DNA of 64,000 nt, from NCBI GenBank assembly GCA_950097015.1, contig CATNEN010000034.1, positions 1,364,001 to 1,428,000 on the forward strand. Direction: 5' to 3'. Origin of the DNA: Macrostomum hystrix (Eukaryota > Animalia > Platyhelminthes). The number at the start of each line of letters is the position of its first letter. Position 1 is the stretch's first letter. Under the pieces are notes generated by a model that saw only the letters and a list, made by a program, of their open reading frames with translations, did no database searches and was not told where the DNA came from. Below, in pieces: positions 45,661 through 58,590 of the stretch. A program made the position numbers and the translations under genes.

Positions 45661-48573
45661 AAATTGACTCCCTCAAATTTGTTTTCTATGAATCATTGTT
45701 GTTAATTAAAGAAAGTAATATTGGGAGTATATATAAACCAATAAAACATTTTCTCGCAAAAACAATTATCCATAATTTGTCTTCAAAAGCTAGATATAAC
45801 TATTTGATGATCCATTAAATATTTATTGCATAATATTGGTCACTAAACACTAGAAATAATAATATATGCGTAAAAAGAAGCTTAAAAACAAATATCATTT
45901 CGATTAACGAGCTTCAAGTAGATATTAAAAGTAATAAAACTTCTTGATTAAAAAACCTTAAATCAAATTAATAAATTTAACAAAGTTAGTTATTTGTCTT
46001 CATTATATTACACAAAAGTTTCTAGACAGTAATAGCGTTGCTTTTGCTTGAAAGTTTTCTGACATACTAATATTAACTTTTTCGAAGTTTATAAAATAGT
46101 TCTGAGAATCGATCAATGCAAGACACTGCATTGCATAAAAGTAGGGAATTTAATGACAAAACCAAAATTATATTTTTCTGGTCTGCTATAGTTCTATTCA
46201 AAAAAATTCTTGTTTGCTGTTTTAGCTTTAGAAAATAAATAAATATTTACTAATCGTCGGTATTTTATTCATTCAGAATGAGGACACAGGAATGCAGATT
46301 TGCCCTGATAGAAAGTAAAAATAAAAAAGCAATTTTTTTAAATTAAAAACTAAAAAACAAATACTAATCAACTCGAATCAAATAATTCGAGTAGAACTAT
46401 TTGGAAAACGTCAGAATAGTACGATAAGGCTTAGACTGTTAAAAAAGAACTGGATTTATGTATGTCAAAAACCTTACAACGAAGCAGCTTATTACAAGTA
46501 AAGAACAATTTTTTGTTAAATGCAAAGGAATATTTTTTATAGCATTATAGACTATTTCTTTTTTTAACAACACAATAGGTACTAAATTTTGAAAGTACTC
46601 TTTGTTTTATATTGCGTTTTCCGGATCACATTTTATGGATGGACACAACGCGGCTACCGCACCATAAAAACGAAACTATTGAGGCAGTGTATAAATTAGG
46701 ATTTTTATCATTTAAATTCCCGCCATTTTTACGCTCTAACTTTTAATCGTTTTATCACGCAGCGCTCGTTGCTCGTTATATGCGCCCCTGCTGGTTATGC
46801 ACCCACCCCATTTTTTTGTGTATATATACAATGCGATGTTAAACCCTCTGATAACCGACTTCCCCCCCGTTCTCAGCGATAATAAACTCAAGCAATAACA
46901 TTTCCTACTTATTTCCGTGTTTTGCTGTTAAATAAACCGAGTTCCTTAGTCATTTTCCTAATAGGAATAACAGTTAGATTCCTTTACCTTCCCAAACCTC
47001 TCCCAAAAGATCTCTCGTCGGCCTTCCTTACCCAAACCCACCCTACGATCCTTTTGATATCCCGGTATACCATCCTAAAATCCTGCCTACAATCCACCTG
47101 AAGTCTATCTGAAGTCCACCTGAAGTCCCTAAATACCCCCCTGAAGTCCCAAACTCAGCCTATATCCTCCTAATGAGACTATACTAATCCCGGACTCCTT
47201 AGAAGAAAATAAGTGAGAGTGTGAAAGCGCTCACTAGGCAACTTCAATCCATCATAATACGCCCCACGACTGTGTGCCCCAGATCAGTAACCTTAGCCCT
47301 CGTGCCAGCAGCAGTAAATTCCGTTCCCCTTAGTAGCTAGTGTCTTGCCGCTCGGGCATTAGCGCTACCTTGGGTATACCCGAACTCGTGGAAAATACCT
47401 ACTCTCACCCTCATAAATTACGCTACCATCCCCACCCAAATACTCAGCTCACCAATCCCAAATTCAATAAATAGAGAGAGCTGAGAGGTCTGCTACACTA
47501 TTTTTTTTGCAAATTAAGGGGCTTTGTGATAAAAACCACCACCTGTTTTTAAGTTCACTTTGCTTGTCAGTGCGGTGGTAATATTTGTGACAACAAGTTC
47601 GCGAGATCCTTAAATTTTCGCTTTAGTGTTTATGATTTATACGAGTATGTTAGATGCTAAGAAGTGCCTTTATGACAGACTATTTATATTGACGATACAG
47701 TTCTTAAGACCTGCTTAGGTTTCAACAGACAAACATTTAGTGCTTTTGTGAGGAAACATTCGAGTAAATGTTTATATCTGTTTTTCATATACTAGTTCGA
47801 ACATCGTCCATTGCTATATCAGTAATCAGAAATAACTACAGTCTTGGTATGCAATATGAATTCCATTTCGGAATAACCTAACCACAATTTATAAAAACAT
47901 TATTGATCTCTTATATTTATCTAGGCTGTGCCTAATATTGATCAACTAGTAAAGTAGTTAACTGTAAAGTAGTATACGTTTAAATACACTACGAACATCC
48001 ATTTATAATAGTTTATCTTTGCGTCGCATCAGCAAGAATAGTAAGTTTAAAAAACAAAAGAATAAAAAAGTAATAAAATGAAATAGGCCATGCTTCTTAA
48101 ATTACTACTTCAATTAAGAAAAGAAAGTCAGATTTTTAATTGTTAAACAGAATTAAGCAATAAAAACAGGAAAATGCAAGACGAGCAAATCGCTTTGACG
48201 ACTCGCAGTAGCAGTCAAGAATGTTTATACTTTTAGAATATTTCACACTTTTAACGTACAAGATAAAACAGACGCAAACTATACAGTAGTAAGTATAAAA
48301 GGATAGGAGACATAATTTTTTGCTTCTGGCATCATTTATTAGATTTAGTAAGCTATTTAAGTATCTCATTCAAATGAATTCTTGATCGGCGTAGAGTAAA
48401 AATTACAAGCGTTTCATTCCACGTTACTCCCAGTAGACTGGACTGAAGAATAGTGGAAATTTTGCGAAATCCGTCAAAATTATTATAAAAGTTTATAAGT
48501 CGTTATTTCTAATTGAGGATAAAAAATTGAAACAGAAGTCAAGGTAGTTAATATTTATTTGCCTAAGTAAATT

Positions 48574-51500
48574 TTAGCTGAACAGCTCAGCGGCAGCTTC
48601 GCCGGCTCCCAGATCGGCGATGCAGCCGGAGCTGATAGAAAACTCGAGAAACTGCACGAGCAGTACGGCGGACGAGTCCGTATAGAAGGCCTCCCTATCG
48701 TAGAGTCTGAGCGCGGTACGCAGCAGTTTAACAAATTGTCGCCCATAGCAACGCCACATGCTGGCGCCGGCCATCTCTAATAGAGAGTGCAGAGTGGCGC
48801 AGGTGAGCAGGTGGCTGTGCTTGCCGCTAGCCGATAGGCCGATGAGTTTGGCAGCCAGGGTCCAGACGTGATTGAGCGTGAACTCCTTCGGCTTAGCGAA
48901 TTTGCCGAGTAGTTGCGGCGCGCAGAACAGGGCTGCGTAGAGCCGGCCGAGGGATCGGCAGCGCATCACTCGCTCGTCAGGGCTGCGGTCGGACTCCCAA
49001 TCGGGCGGCGGCGGATGCGGCAGCAGCAGCGGACACTCGGCCAGTAGGAAATTCAGCAGTATCGGTTGGAAAGACTTGCAAAAATAGCAGAGCATCGCGC
49101 TGGCCATGGCCAGGCTTTGGGCTATGCGCAGGCAGAACAGGTGGTCGGCGCCCTCTTCGTCAGGCCGCAGCTTGGCTGGCTCGCTGAACTGATCTTCAGC
49201 CTGGAGTAGCAGGCAGTGGCAGTAGGTGTACATGGTGAATTGCTCGCCGTTTGGCACAGACGTAATGCTACTAATTTTGCGCTTCTGGTAGAATGAGACG
49301 AACGACTCCTTGGTGAATATATTCAGCAGCAGATATGTCTGCAAGAAAATTATTTCGCATTTTTTATTCAAAGCTATTTCAAGCAATCTGAATATTTTAG
49401 CTTTAAAGCTAAGAAAAAGAAAATCAAGCAAGCAACCTGTTGCTGACGCTGCTTAATCTGGGCCGGATCGACTGAAGCGCAGAACTGAGCCAAGCGATTC
49501 TGTAGCGTTGTTTCTATGTCGATCTTAAACTGCAGCAGCTCCGGTGTTGATCCAGTAATTAGGCCGTCCAGCTTAGCTCGCAGGTCCGCCAGGTACTGGC
49601 GGCACTTTAGCCAGCGTCGGCTGCTTTCCTTCAGCGCGTCAACTTTGCCGGAGTTTGCAGCGGAAGACGCGGAACCGGTGGGAGCAGGGCCGGAAAAGCC
49701 TGATGAAGGCGCGGAACCGGAGGTAGCTGGGGCGGAAAAGACAGATGAAGGCGCGGAACCGGCGGTAGCGGAAGCAGAAAAGACAGATGAAGGCGCGGAA
49801 CCGGCGGTAGCGGGTGCGGAAAAGACAGATGAAGGCGCGGAACCGGCGGTAGCGGAAGCAGAAAAGACAGATGAAGGCGCGGAACCGGCGGTAGCGGGTG
49901 CCGAAAAGACTGATGAAGGCACGGAACCGGCGGTAGCGGGGGCAGAAAAGCCTGATGAAGGCGCGGAACCGGCGGTAGCGGGTGCGGAAAAGACAGATGA
50001 AGGTGCGGAACCGGCGGCAGCGGGGGCGGAAAAGCCAGTTGAAGGTGCGGAACCGGCGGTAGCTGGGGCAGAAAAGCCTGATGAAGGCACGGAACCGGCG
50101 GTAGCGGGGGCAAAAAAACCAGTTGAAGGTGCGGAACCGGCGGCAGCGGGGGCGGCGAACACCGAGGGAACAACACCGGCAGCATCAGCAGAGGAGCCGG
50201 AAGCGGAGGTCGAAAATCTGCTAGTCTGATGCTGTGCTCGAATGCGCGATCTGTGCTCACTTTGTTGTTGCTGCTCCTGAAAGCGAAAGAAATACAATTT
50301 ACAACCGAATACATCACTGCAGGATTATCAGACTTCCAAATGATGTGCACAAAGATGGGGAGGCCTACACTACACACCCAATTTTTTACCAAACTGATGC
50401 AGTTATTTACTCAATACTTACTATCGTACGGAACTGTTCGAAGCCACTGGGCTACAAGCTGCCAATCTAATTACAGAGAAAAAAAATAAGCTTACCTCTG
50501 GTAAATTAGCAACTTCGGCCTCAACGGTTGTCGAGGCATCAGTCGCGTCGGCGGCAGCGGCATCTGCGGCCGCTGCGATGCGCTCAGCCACTTCACCAGC
50601 CAATCTGACTGCCTCGCTGAAATCAGCGGCGTGACGCCTGGCTTCAGAGAGGTCTTCATCTGTCAGGCCGGACCTCACCGAGAGGCCATAGAGAGCGGAG
50701 CGGGCGTCGCGCAGCCTGGAGGCCTGGAGATGCCAGTCGGACAAATCCGACGGCTCTGCGACAGCAGCCGGCGGCAGTTCGAGGACAGCCGGCAGAGAGT
50801 CAAGCAGCCGCCTGGCTTCGGACAGATTTTTCCGACCAAGTTCCGCCGCCCGACGCTCGGCGGCTTCGCGCTCGTTAATCGCAACCAACTCCGGACTGCA
50901 AGTGCAGAGCGATCGAGGCGGGAAGGAAACTTGCATCTAGGCAAATACCGCTACTTTTTTTCTGATTTGGATAGATGGAAAAATTCTAGAACTTAGAAAA
51001 AGTAAAATTCCATAGCACAGATTTGGGGAAATTCCAGCACAGAGAATTAGGGAAATAACAACACAGAGAAACTGGGAAATGACAACACAGAGAAACTGGG
51101 AAATGACAACACAGAGAAACTGGGAAATGACAACACAGAAGATTGGGGAAATTCCATGACAAAATTAGATAAATTCGAACATCGAAGTAAAGAATTAGGA
51201 AATTCCAGTACTCTTACATAATCAACTCAGGATCCTCAGCTCGACTTGTCCGCAAAGCCTGGGCTGCGGCATTTCGCCCGATCTGCTCAAATTTCTGCTC
51301 TAGCGAGGCCCGAACACGCCGGCCAGCTTCGCAGCCCTCCCTAGTGTGCTCAATTATTGAGATCATAGCGGCTGTCTCTGCCGCAATACGCAGCTTAGCC
51401 AAAGGCGACTCGAGTTCCGATTGAAGAGTCGCGGTAGTTGAGGACAAAGGTGAAGGCGAGGGCGAAGGTGACTTGAGCTCAGTGTTGGCTATGATCGGTG

Positions 51501-51702
51501 ACAGATGCACCTGCTGAAGCGAAGGCCGGTGAGCATAGCCGCCATTGGTGCTGTACTTTAAGCGTGCATGAGCTGCAGCCTGCTCTGACAGGTTCAATGA
51601 TTGTCGCCGGCTCTCCGCCTCGACTAGGATTGCTTCTGGAGTAGGAAATGCCCGAGGCTGCTGAGGCTGCAGCTGAACAAAGTGACGCTGCCTTTTGAAG
51701 TC
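48574..51702 (-). CDS. GLE1: GLE1-like mRNA export factor; exons 51702-51218, 50895-50496, 50276-49437, 49338-48574 (5' end unresolved)
   Basis: Last exon carries GLE1 C-domain-like motifs (LAECPLLLP, GRLYAAL, LNHVWTLAAKL, LLEMAGASMWRCYGRQFVKLL, LVQFLEFSI). Upstream exons are helical/coiled-coil-like and join in phase with GT-AG introns. Confidence 0.78.
49665..50170 (-). repeat. Coding 42-bp (14-aa) repeat within the GLE1-like exon (GSAPSS[GV]FSAPATA, about 11 units)
   Basis: In-frame units read directly from the translation; codon-level divergence between units. Confidence 0.85.
51025..51155. repeat. 24-bp minisatellite (ggaaatgacaacacagagaaactg) in a GLE1-like intron
   Basis: About 5 copies. 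Confidence 0.85.
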
Positions 51703-54315
51703 CTGTAATAGCAAACAGCAAAGCCTTTGCATAAATACAATCTCATAGCTAGAAAATACTGTAAGTGGCATAGTTGCAGCAATTGCATGTTGAATACAAA
51801 ATACATTACTAAATATACATGATTACTATACTTCAATGTAAATCTAGATTAGATTATATCTATATCTTGACTAGTAGGACCAGCTAGTTAGTGTAGTAAT
51901 CCAAAAATTCAGAATTATATGATTTATTGATTATAATGATTATATATAAATCACTTAACACCAAAGTGTCTAATTAACTTCTAACTCAACACTAATAGCT
52001 ATAGCCTATAGAATAGTTACAATGCAATAACTTTACTATAGTAAATGTAATGCAAATGAAAAATGGAAATCATCTAGGTTTGCATTGTCTGCTATGTCAT
52101 TCAAAAACTCTTGTAAGTATAAGTATTTACTTGCATTAGCTAAGAAAGTTATGTTTCAGAAAATAATTGAACATGCAAAATTGAACATGCAATATTTTTT
52201 ATATTGCCTGAAAAAACTATTGGGTAGGCCCTAGCAAATTCAGTTCACAATCTTGTGCATATTGTTTTCTCTTTTGTCTGTCAAAATTTTATCTTAATAG
52301 TACATAAGTTTGCATTGTACACTTAAGTGCTTTCTTATTACTTACCATTCTTTGAAATCTAGGTCTATACTAATTAAATACCTAGACTAATACATTTGTA
52401 AGTAGCTTGATTTAAAAAAAAAACAGAAAAAGACAATTTTTAGTTTTTTTGTGACACTAAAGACCATATATTTACTAGATCAGATCATATGAGCTATATC
52501 TACATTTAATTTTTACTTTTTAAGAATTAGCTTATATGATAAAATTAGGCACCATTAGAGACTGACTGGGACCCGATCCCGACTTCTGAAAACTCTGGAG
52601 TTGGGCTTTTTTCACCATTCCCGACAACTCGCGAGTGAGACTTGGGAGTCGGGAAAAGTCGGGCGGGAGTGAGTGCAAGAAAGAAGAAAATGCAAGGAAG
52701 ATGAAAGAGAAGAGGGATTAGACAGAATATTAGTAAAGAGAAAATTACGAAGTTAGAAGAGTGTACATGTAGGAACCAGAAACTGAAAGTATAATAAAGT
52801 AGATTCAATCATACTTGAAGAATTAAAAACACCAGTTAATTTTTTCATTCGCTGGTTAGTTTTTTGCGTATCAGAATATTTTATAGAAAGGAAGGCACAA
52901 TTAGAAAAATAGTTCTGAATTTTCTAAACCAAAACTAATAGTCAATAGGATGTAAGGATGATATGGTCTTGTCATAAAGTTGTTATATTTCATTTCACAC
53001 ACTTCAGTTTCAAAAGATGAACCTATGTTTAAAAGGCCTCAAGGATGGAAGCGCTGCCTTTGACAGTCTCTATAATCGAATAAAAACCGCAAGAAAATAA
53101 ACAAAAAGCGGACTACATAAAATTGAGCTATGTCAGTTGACAGTACTTAAATCGCTCGAAGCTCATAATTGACCTAATTACTAACTATGTTACTAATTAC
53201 TTACTAACTAACTAATTACTAAGTACCAAATTACGAAGTAAAATTATCAAGTAACAAAAATAGAAGCTGAGCATGAACTTATGCATTTACAAACTTACGC
53301 AAGAAAAATGGCATACTTTTAAACCATGTTTCTAATTTTGTGTGAATTTGAATATGAATAGGGCCTAATATCACAAAACAAAGTGATTGCCCTAACCTAA
53401 TATCTAGTACTTACTTACTAATCCTATTATAGTAATAGTGCGGCTAGTGCCTACCTTACCTACTACTTGCCAACCTGCTACCTACCTAACTACCTACTAT
53501 GAGTGGCTGGCATGGCTAAAGGCTAGCTTGGCTATACCTATACAATACATATTACATACTTATGCACTATGCAGAATTGCAGACTTAATATTTAATACTT
53601 ACTAAGTATTAAGCCTAATTTCTGATATATCAACAAGAGATATGCAGACAAAATTTTATTGTCTATCTAGCTTAATTACAATTAACAGAAAGACAAGCAA
53701 AGAGGCTATATATTTAGTTAGAATTTAACAGTTTTTTGGATCGAAAAGTGGTGCAGTCTACAGATATTGGATGGGGGACGAGGTTACGAGGTATTATAAT
53801 GTCACAAGCGGTCACTATACGATTGAGCCCTTTGAAACTAATTGCTTGTGGGCGCATTTGTCATTCCCACAGTCACAGTCACACATGCCCGGATGATGAT
53901 AAGCTATACGGAGTATACCAAGGCACAGGTAGACAAGAAATGCTTTAAAAAGCAAATTTCATAACTTGGCAAATTCGAACAGTCTCAAGCAATATATGGT
54001 TATTTTGCGTACGACTCATAGATGCGCTAGGCTTTTCATCGAGCCATTTCGACCAATTGATTTTATCTTATGCATCTGTTCTTAAATGCATATTTTAAAT
54101 AATATATTTAGAGTTGTTAAAGACAAAAATATTTGAATGTTTACTAAGCGGGCAAGAGTAACTCAAATCTATATTATTTTCAACCGCTTCTTAGATGTAT
54201 GACACTCGTAAAACGGGGGTCAAGGGGTGTGAACGAGATCACTTTTTGTCTATGGTTAAAACTATATTCATTCTAATGCACTGTGAAACGAGAGCTATTA
54301 AAGTTAGACAGCTAG

Positions 54316-54675
54316 TCATGCAACCGAGAGAAGTTGTTAATAAATCCTTTCGAGCATAGAGAAGATGGATCAAGCTATGACAACCTTGCCATCGATAGTC
54401 TCATGCCTCATCCCACGGAAGTTGACGTCGTCGCTGAATTATCTACCTACGACTGTCGGAGGGACGAAGTATTGTCAGATTTTCTATCCTTCATTGAGGA
54501 CAACCTTGGTAAAGAGGACGATGCTACTCCACTGCTACCTGGATTCCAAGATGAGCTAAAGGATCTCGCTATTAAAATTGCGGATCTTTCTGTGAGCTCA
54601 CGGAGGCAGATGGACGAACATGGAAGCAACTTTCTGGAGTTCTTAAAGAGTCGTGGATTGACTACTTATCTATGA
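54316..54675 (+). CDS. Possible terminal exon or ORF of unknown function (acidic, helical)
   Basis: About 120 open codons with coding-like composition in an AT-rich context; no start codon or family recognised. Confidence 0.3.
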   Translation, partial: SCNREKLLINPFEHREDGSSYDNLAIDSLMPHPTEVDVVAELSTYDCRRDEVLSDFLSFIEDNLGKEDDATPLLPGFQDELKDLAIKIADLSVSSRRQMDEHGSNFLEFLKSRGLTTYL

Positions 54676-55017
54676 AGAGTTGAATTATGACCAGTTAAAC
54701 ATCTCAAACATGTTCGTCACCTAATCTGCTTCCTTCGCTGTTTCAAATATATACAATAATATTTTTTTGTACTAAAAGTCCGTAAATCAGCTTTTTGTGT
54801 TTATTATTTATAAAGACGGGTGTTTTCCTTGCCCAGAGACAATTAGGACTAAAGCTCATAAGACGGCCAAGCCCATAGAACTAGTTGCCCGGACCTGTAT
54901 CGGCTGAAGAAATCGGAATCTTTGTGCCCCAACTAAGTTATCTCGGGCAATAGCAAAAGCTCCTAAGCCACACGAGCTAGTCTTACATCTCAGCCAGTAA
55001 TTTCTGCCATTGAGGAA

Positions 55018-56379
55018 ATGCGCGAGTGCATTTCTATTCACATCGGCCAAGCCGGAGTGCAGATTGGCAATGCATGTTGGGAGCTCTTCTGCCTGGAGCA
55101 CGGCATGCAGCCCGACGGAATGTTGCAAGCCGGCAACAATGGTTGTTCTGTTGAGACCTTCTTCTCCGAGACAAGCTCTGGGCGCTACGTTCCTAGGACT
55201 GTATTTATCGATCTAGAGCCAACGGTGATAGACGAGATTCGCACTGGAACCTACCGACAGCTCTTCCACCCAGAGCAGCTCATCACTGGAAAGGAGGATG
55301 CATCTAACAACTACGCACGTGGACATTACACAATCGGCAAGGAGGTCATCAACAATGTGCGCGACGTGGTGTCGCGAGTGGCGGAGAACTGCAATGGTCT
55401 GCAGGGCTTCTTCGTGTTCCACTCATTTGGCGGCGGCACTGGATCCGGGGTCACCTCTCTGCTGTTAGACAGGCTGTCCTCTGAATACGGCAAGAAATCC
55501 AAGCTGCAGATTTCTATCTACCCTGCACCGCAGGTCTGCACCGCAGTTGTGGAGCCGTTAAACTCTATATTATGCACTCATGGCACAATGCGGCACTCGG
55601 ACTGTTCAGTTATTTTGGACAACGAAGCTATATATGAAATCTGCCGGAAAAACCTGGACATTCAGAAGCCGTCGTACACCAATCTGAACAGACTAATCAG
55701 TCAAGTGATTTCGTCCATCACGGCTTCCTTGCGATTCGAAGGGGCGCTTAACGTGGACATGACTGAGTTTCAGACAAATCTCGTGCCTTACCCCAAGATC
55801 CACTTCCCGCTGGCAACGTACGCACCCATCATCTCGACTGAAAAGGCGAACCACGAGCAACTTAGTGTTCGTGATATCACAAGCGCAGGCTTTGAGCCAT
55901 CGAACCAAATGGTAAAGTGCGACCCTCGGCACGGCAAGTACATAGCCTGCTGCCTTCTCTACCGCGGAGATGTAAACTGTAAAGAAGTCAACGATGCTGT
56001 TCAAATGATAAAAAGCAAGCGTGAAATCCAGTTTGTGGATTGGTGCCCCACTGGCTTCAAGGTTGGCATTAACTACCAGCCACCCATCACAGTACCTGGG
56101 GGCGATCAGGCTAAGGTACCTCGAGCGGTCTGCTTGCTGAGCAACACCACTGCGATAGCAGAAGCCTGGGACCGGCTGGCGTACAAATTTGACCTTTTGT
56201 ACTCGAAGCGTGCATTCGTGCACTGGTACGTCGGTGAAGGCATGGAGGAAGGAGAATTCGCCGAGGCCCGCGAAGACCTAAGCGCCATGCAGAAGGATTA
56301 TGAGGAGGTCGGAGTTGACTTCGTCGAGGGTGAGGAAGAAGAGGTCGAAGAAATGGTTAGAGACGGAATTGATGAATAA
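55018..56379 (+). CDS. TUBA: Divergent intronless alpha-tubulin (453 aa)
   Basis: [13 protein letters not shown] start, GGGTGSG signature, [41 protein letters not shown], acidic tail; AATAAA overlaps the stop. Confidence 0.98.
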   Translation: MRECISIHIGQAGVQIGNACWELFCLEHGMQPDGMLQAGNNGCSVETFFSETSSGRYVPRTVFIDLEPTVIDEIRTGTYRQLFHPEQLITGKEDASNNYARGHYTIGKEVINNVRDVVSRVAENCNGLQGFFVFHSFGGGTGSGVTSLLLDRLSSEYGKKSKLQISIYPAPQVCTAVVEPLNSILCTHGTMRHSDCSVILDNEAIYEICRKNLDIQKPSYTNLNRLISQVISSITASLRFEGALNVDMTEFQTNLVPYPKIHFPLATYAPIISTEKANHEQLSVRDITSAGFEPSNQMVKCDPRHGKYIACCLLYRGDVNCKEVNDAVQMIKSKREIQFVDWCPTGFKVGINYQPPITVPGGDQAKVPRAVCLLSNTTAIAEAWDRLAYKFDLLYSKRAFVHWYVGEGMEEGEFAEAREDLSAMQKDYEEVGVDFVEGEEEEVEEMVRDGIDE

Positions 56380-56984
56380 AAGAATAGCAGGATGGCAGGA
56401 CGGTGGTACAAGCGCACAAACATATTTTTACTTGCGTTTACAATATCCCATTTAAAAATGTCAAGCCATAGTCAAAGACCATGGACACAACAAACTTTGT
56501 CGCTTCAATTTTTTCTAACAAATACTTACATTTTTTTCTTAAACTATTGTCTGATTGCTTTTTTATCTGTCGAATGGGACACAATAAACATTATCGAAAT
56601 AATGCGTCAACGCATTTTTTCGACAATCAAAAGTATGTCTTTGTCTTTTGCACTTTATTTTTAGCTTTTTTATTAACGTTCAAAGCGCGATATCCTGCAA
56701 TCGATCAAGGATGGAACTTTGGTTGTGATGAAACCCGGGGATGGCTCAGTGCGAGGGTTGGAAATCCCACCGTGCTTGTCTACTCTAATTCTAGTTTTAG
56801 GGTTTTAGGGTAGTTCTGCCACCACCCCTTATGGTTCTAGACACCATAAGTAAAACCTAACGAGGCTGGGGCCCCGTTTGCTACGACAAATACTTCAGCA
56901 AGAGAAATAGGTAATAATGGCCGCTAAAGAGACTAATGCTGGGCTTCTACTGGGTGTCCTGGTCAGTGCTGGAAGCATTGTCTT

Positions 56985-57482
56985 TCATACTAGGGGGTTC
57001 TTTTGTACTTTACACGATCCTGCCCTAGCTGGGGATGAAGCATATGCTAAATCGCGGATGTCAGCCTTCAGCAGCTGCAGGAGCTTGAAACGCACGTCGC
57101 GGTCGCGCTGTTCGACAGAATCCTTCGGTCTCGCCTTTTGGTGCAGCAGCTTCAGGCTGCAACAGAGCTCCCTGAGAGTCTCGTTGTCTCCTCGCCTTCT
57201 CGAATGGAAGTCTCGTATAGCCTTGAAGCTGTCTGTTTCACCGCCATAAAGGTTGGTCAGCGCCTCCTTGATGTTCCCGAAGCTCTTCTGCTTCGACTCG
57301 GTGAGGTCCCAGACGAACAGCTGCGCTTCTCCAGTGAGCAGCAACTTGACTTTTGACGCAGCAGTCTCGTCGTCCCATTTCTCGTCCCTCGCGAACTCTT
57401 CAAAGATTTTTAGCCACTTTCTCACGTCGGTGTCGTCCGTGCCACTAAGCTTTGGCGGTAAAAGTGTGCTTGACTGAGCCAT
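56985..57482 (-). mobile_element. Ty3/gypsy-like gag (capsid) ORF, truncated, no pol
   Basis: Translation PPKLSG..DVRKWLKIFE..KVKLLLTGEAQLFV..IKEALTNLYG..FHSRRRGDNETL fits the retrotransposon gag capsid pattern; lies directly downstream of a PBS-like site. Confidence 0.78.
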
Positions 57483-57502
57483 CTTGCACTCGCACCGGGC
57501 TC

Positions 57503-57869
57503 TCGCTGCCACCGATGTAAGGGACGCGACTTAAGCTTCAGACACGAAGTATATTTTGTCACTCACAATGCGATGCTCATATCAAATAGATGCGAAGAAT
57601 ACGATCGATAGGCCTAAAAACAACCCACCCCTATAGGGTGGCGTACCAGTACACTCGCGAGATGTACAACCACGAACGCTAGCGCTGGAGAGATGTGCGC
57701 GCCTCACAAGGGCCTCACACTTTATACATTGGTTCGATCCCTTCTTTCAAGGTCTGTTCCGCGCTTCGTTGGTGAATGCCTATAGCCTCTCATTAATGCG
57801 ACTATGCGTGCAAACTGTACTGCTATAAGTATTATTGTACCATATATATATTAGAGTTACATTATTACA
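57503..57869 (-). mobile_element. Putative 5' LTR plus primer-binding site
   Basis: Minus strand reads ...cccttACA-t-cggtggcagcga; the PBS-like tract (57503-57514) is near-complementary to a tRNA-Leu-type 3' end (CGCUGCCACCA). TATAAA on the minus strand at 57721-57726. Outer TG end inferred near 57861-57869. Confidence 0.55.
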
Positions 57870-58017
57870 TTATCTTCACTTATATTTTTGCTAAAAACCT
57901 TCTCACGGATCGCAGTGGCATGTGCCTTCTACTCGCTAGCCTGCATTGTAAATATTACATGCTGTATTTTTCATAGTTTAGCTACCACCGAACTTATCAT
58001 TTTCCAGATATTTCTGG

Positions 58018-58590
58018 AACCCCAGCCCTGTTCCATAACTCCTTAGAACCCCAGCCCTGGTCCGTGACTCCTTAGAACCCGAGACCTGTTCCGTGACTCC
58101 TTTAGAACCCCAGACCTGTTCCATGACTCCTTAGAACCCCAGACCTGTTCCGTGACTCCTTTAAAACCCCAGCCCTGTTCCGTGACTCCTTTAGAACCCC
58201 AGCCCTGGTCGGTGACTCCTTAGAACCCCAGCCCTGGTCCGTGACTCCTTTAGAACCCCAGCCCTGGTCCGTGACTCCTTTAGAACCCCAGCCCTGTTCC
58301 GTGACTCCTTAGAACCCCAGCCCTGTTCCGTGACTCCTTAGAACCCCAGCCCTGGTCGGTGACTCCTTAGAACCCCAGCCCTGGTCGGTGACTCCTTAGA
58401 ACCCCAGCCCTGGTCCGTGACTCCTTAGAACCCCAGCCCTGGTCGGTGACTCCTTAGAACCCCAGCCCTGGTCGGTGACTCCTTAGAACCCCAGCCCTGG
58501 TCCGTGACTCCTTAGAACCCCAGCCCTGGTCGGTGACTCCTTAGAACCCCAGCCCTGGTCCGTGACTCCTTAGAACCCAGCCCTGGTCCG
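58018..58590. repeat. 29-30-bp minisatellite (ccccagccctggtccgtgactccttagaa)
   Basis: Direct periodicity. Confidence 0.95.

Noticed and set aside
46960-47500. C-rich segment ending aataaa...gtctgctaca as a solo LTR
   Set aside because: No matching TG-start inverted end or TSD was found; cannot be supported.
52560-52665. Short inverted repeats (ttcccgac/gtcgggaa around the palindrome actcgcgagt) as a MITE
   Set aside because: Arms are too short and no second copy exists in the window.
53732-53930. WW-domain-like exon (WIEKW...RYYNVTSGHYTIEP) linking to the ORF at 54316
   Set aside because: The frame hits TGA before the nearest donor and the phases do not join; insufficient support.
14138-56379. 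Functional ciliary cluster of BBS2, C12orf56-like and alpha-tubulin
   Set aside because: Genes are interspersed with unrelated loci and share no visible regulatory signature; co-location is likely incidental.
56795-56810. Telomere-like (TTTTAGGG)2
   Set aside because: Only two units; within chance expectation.
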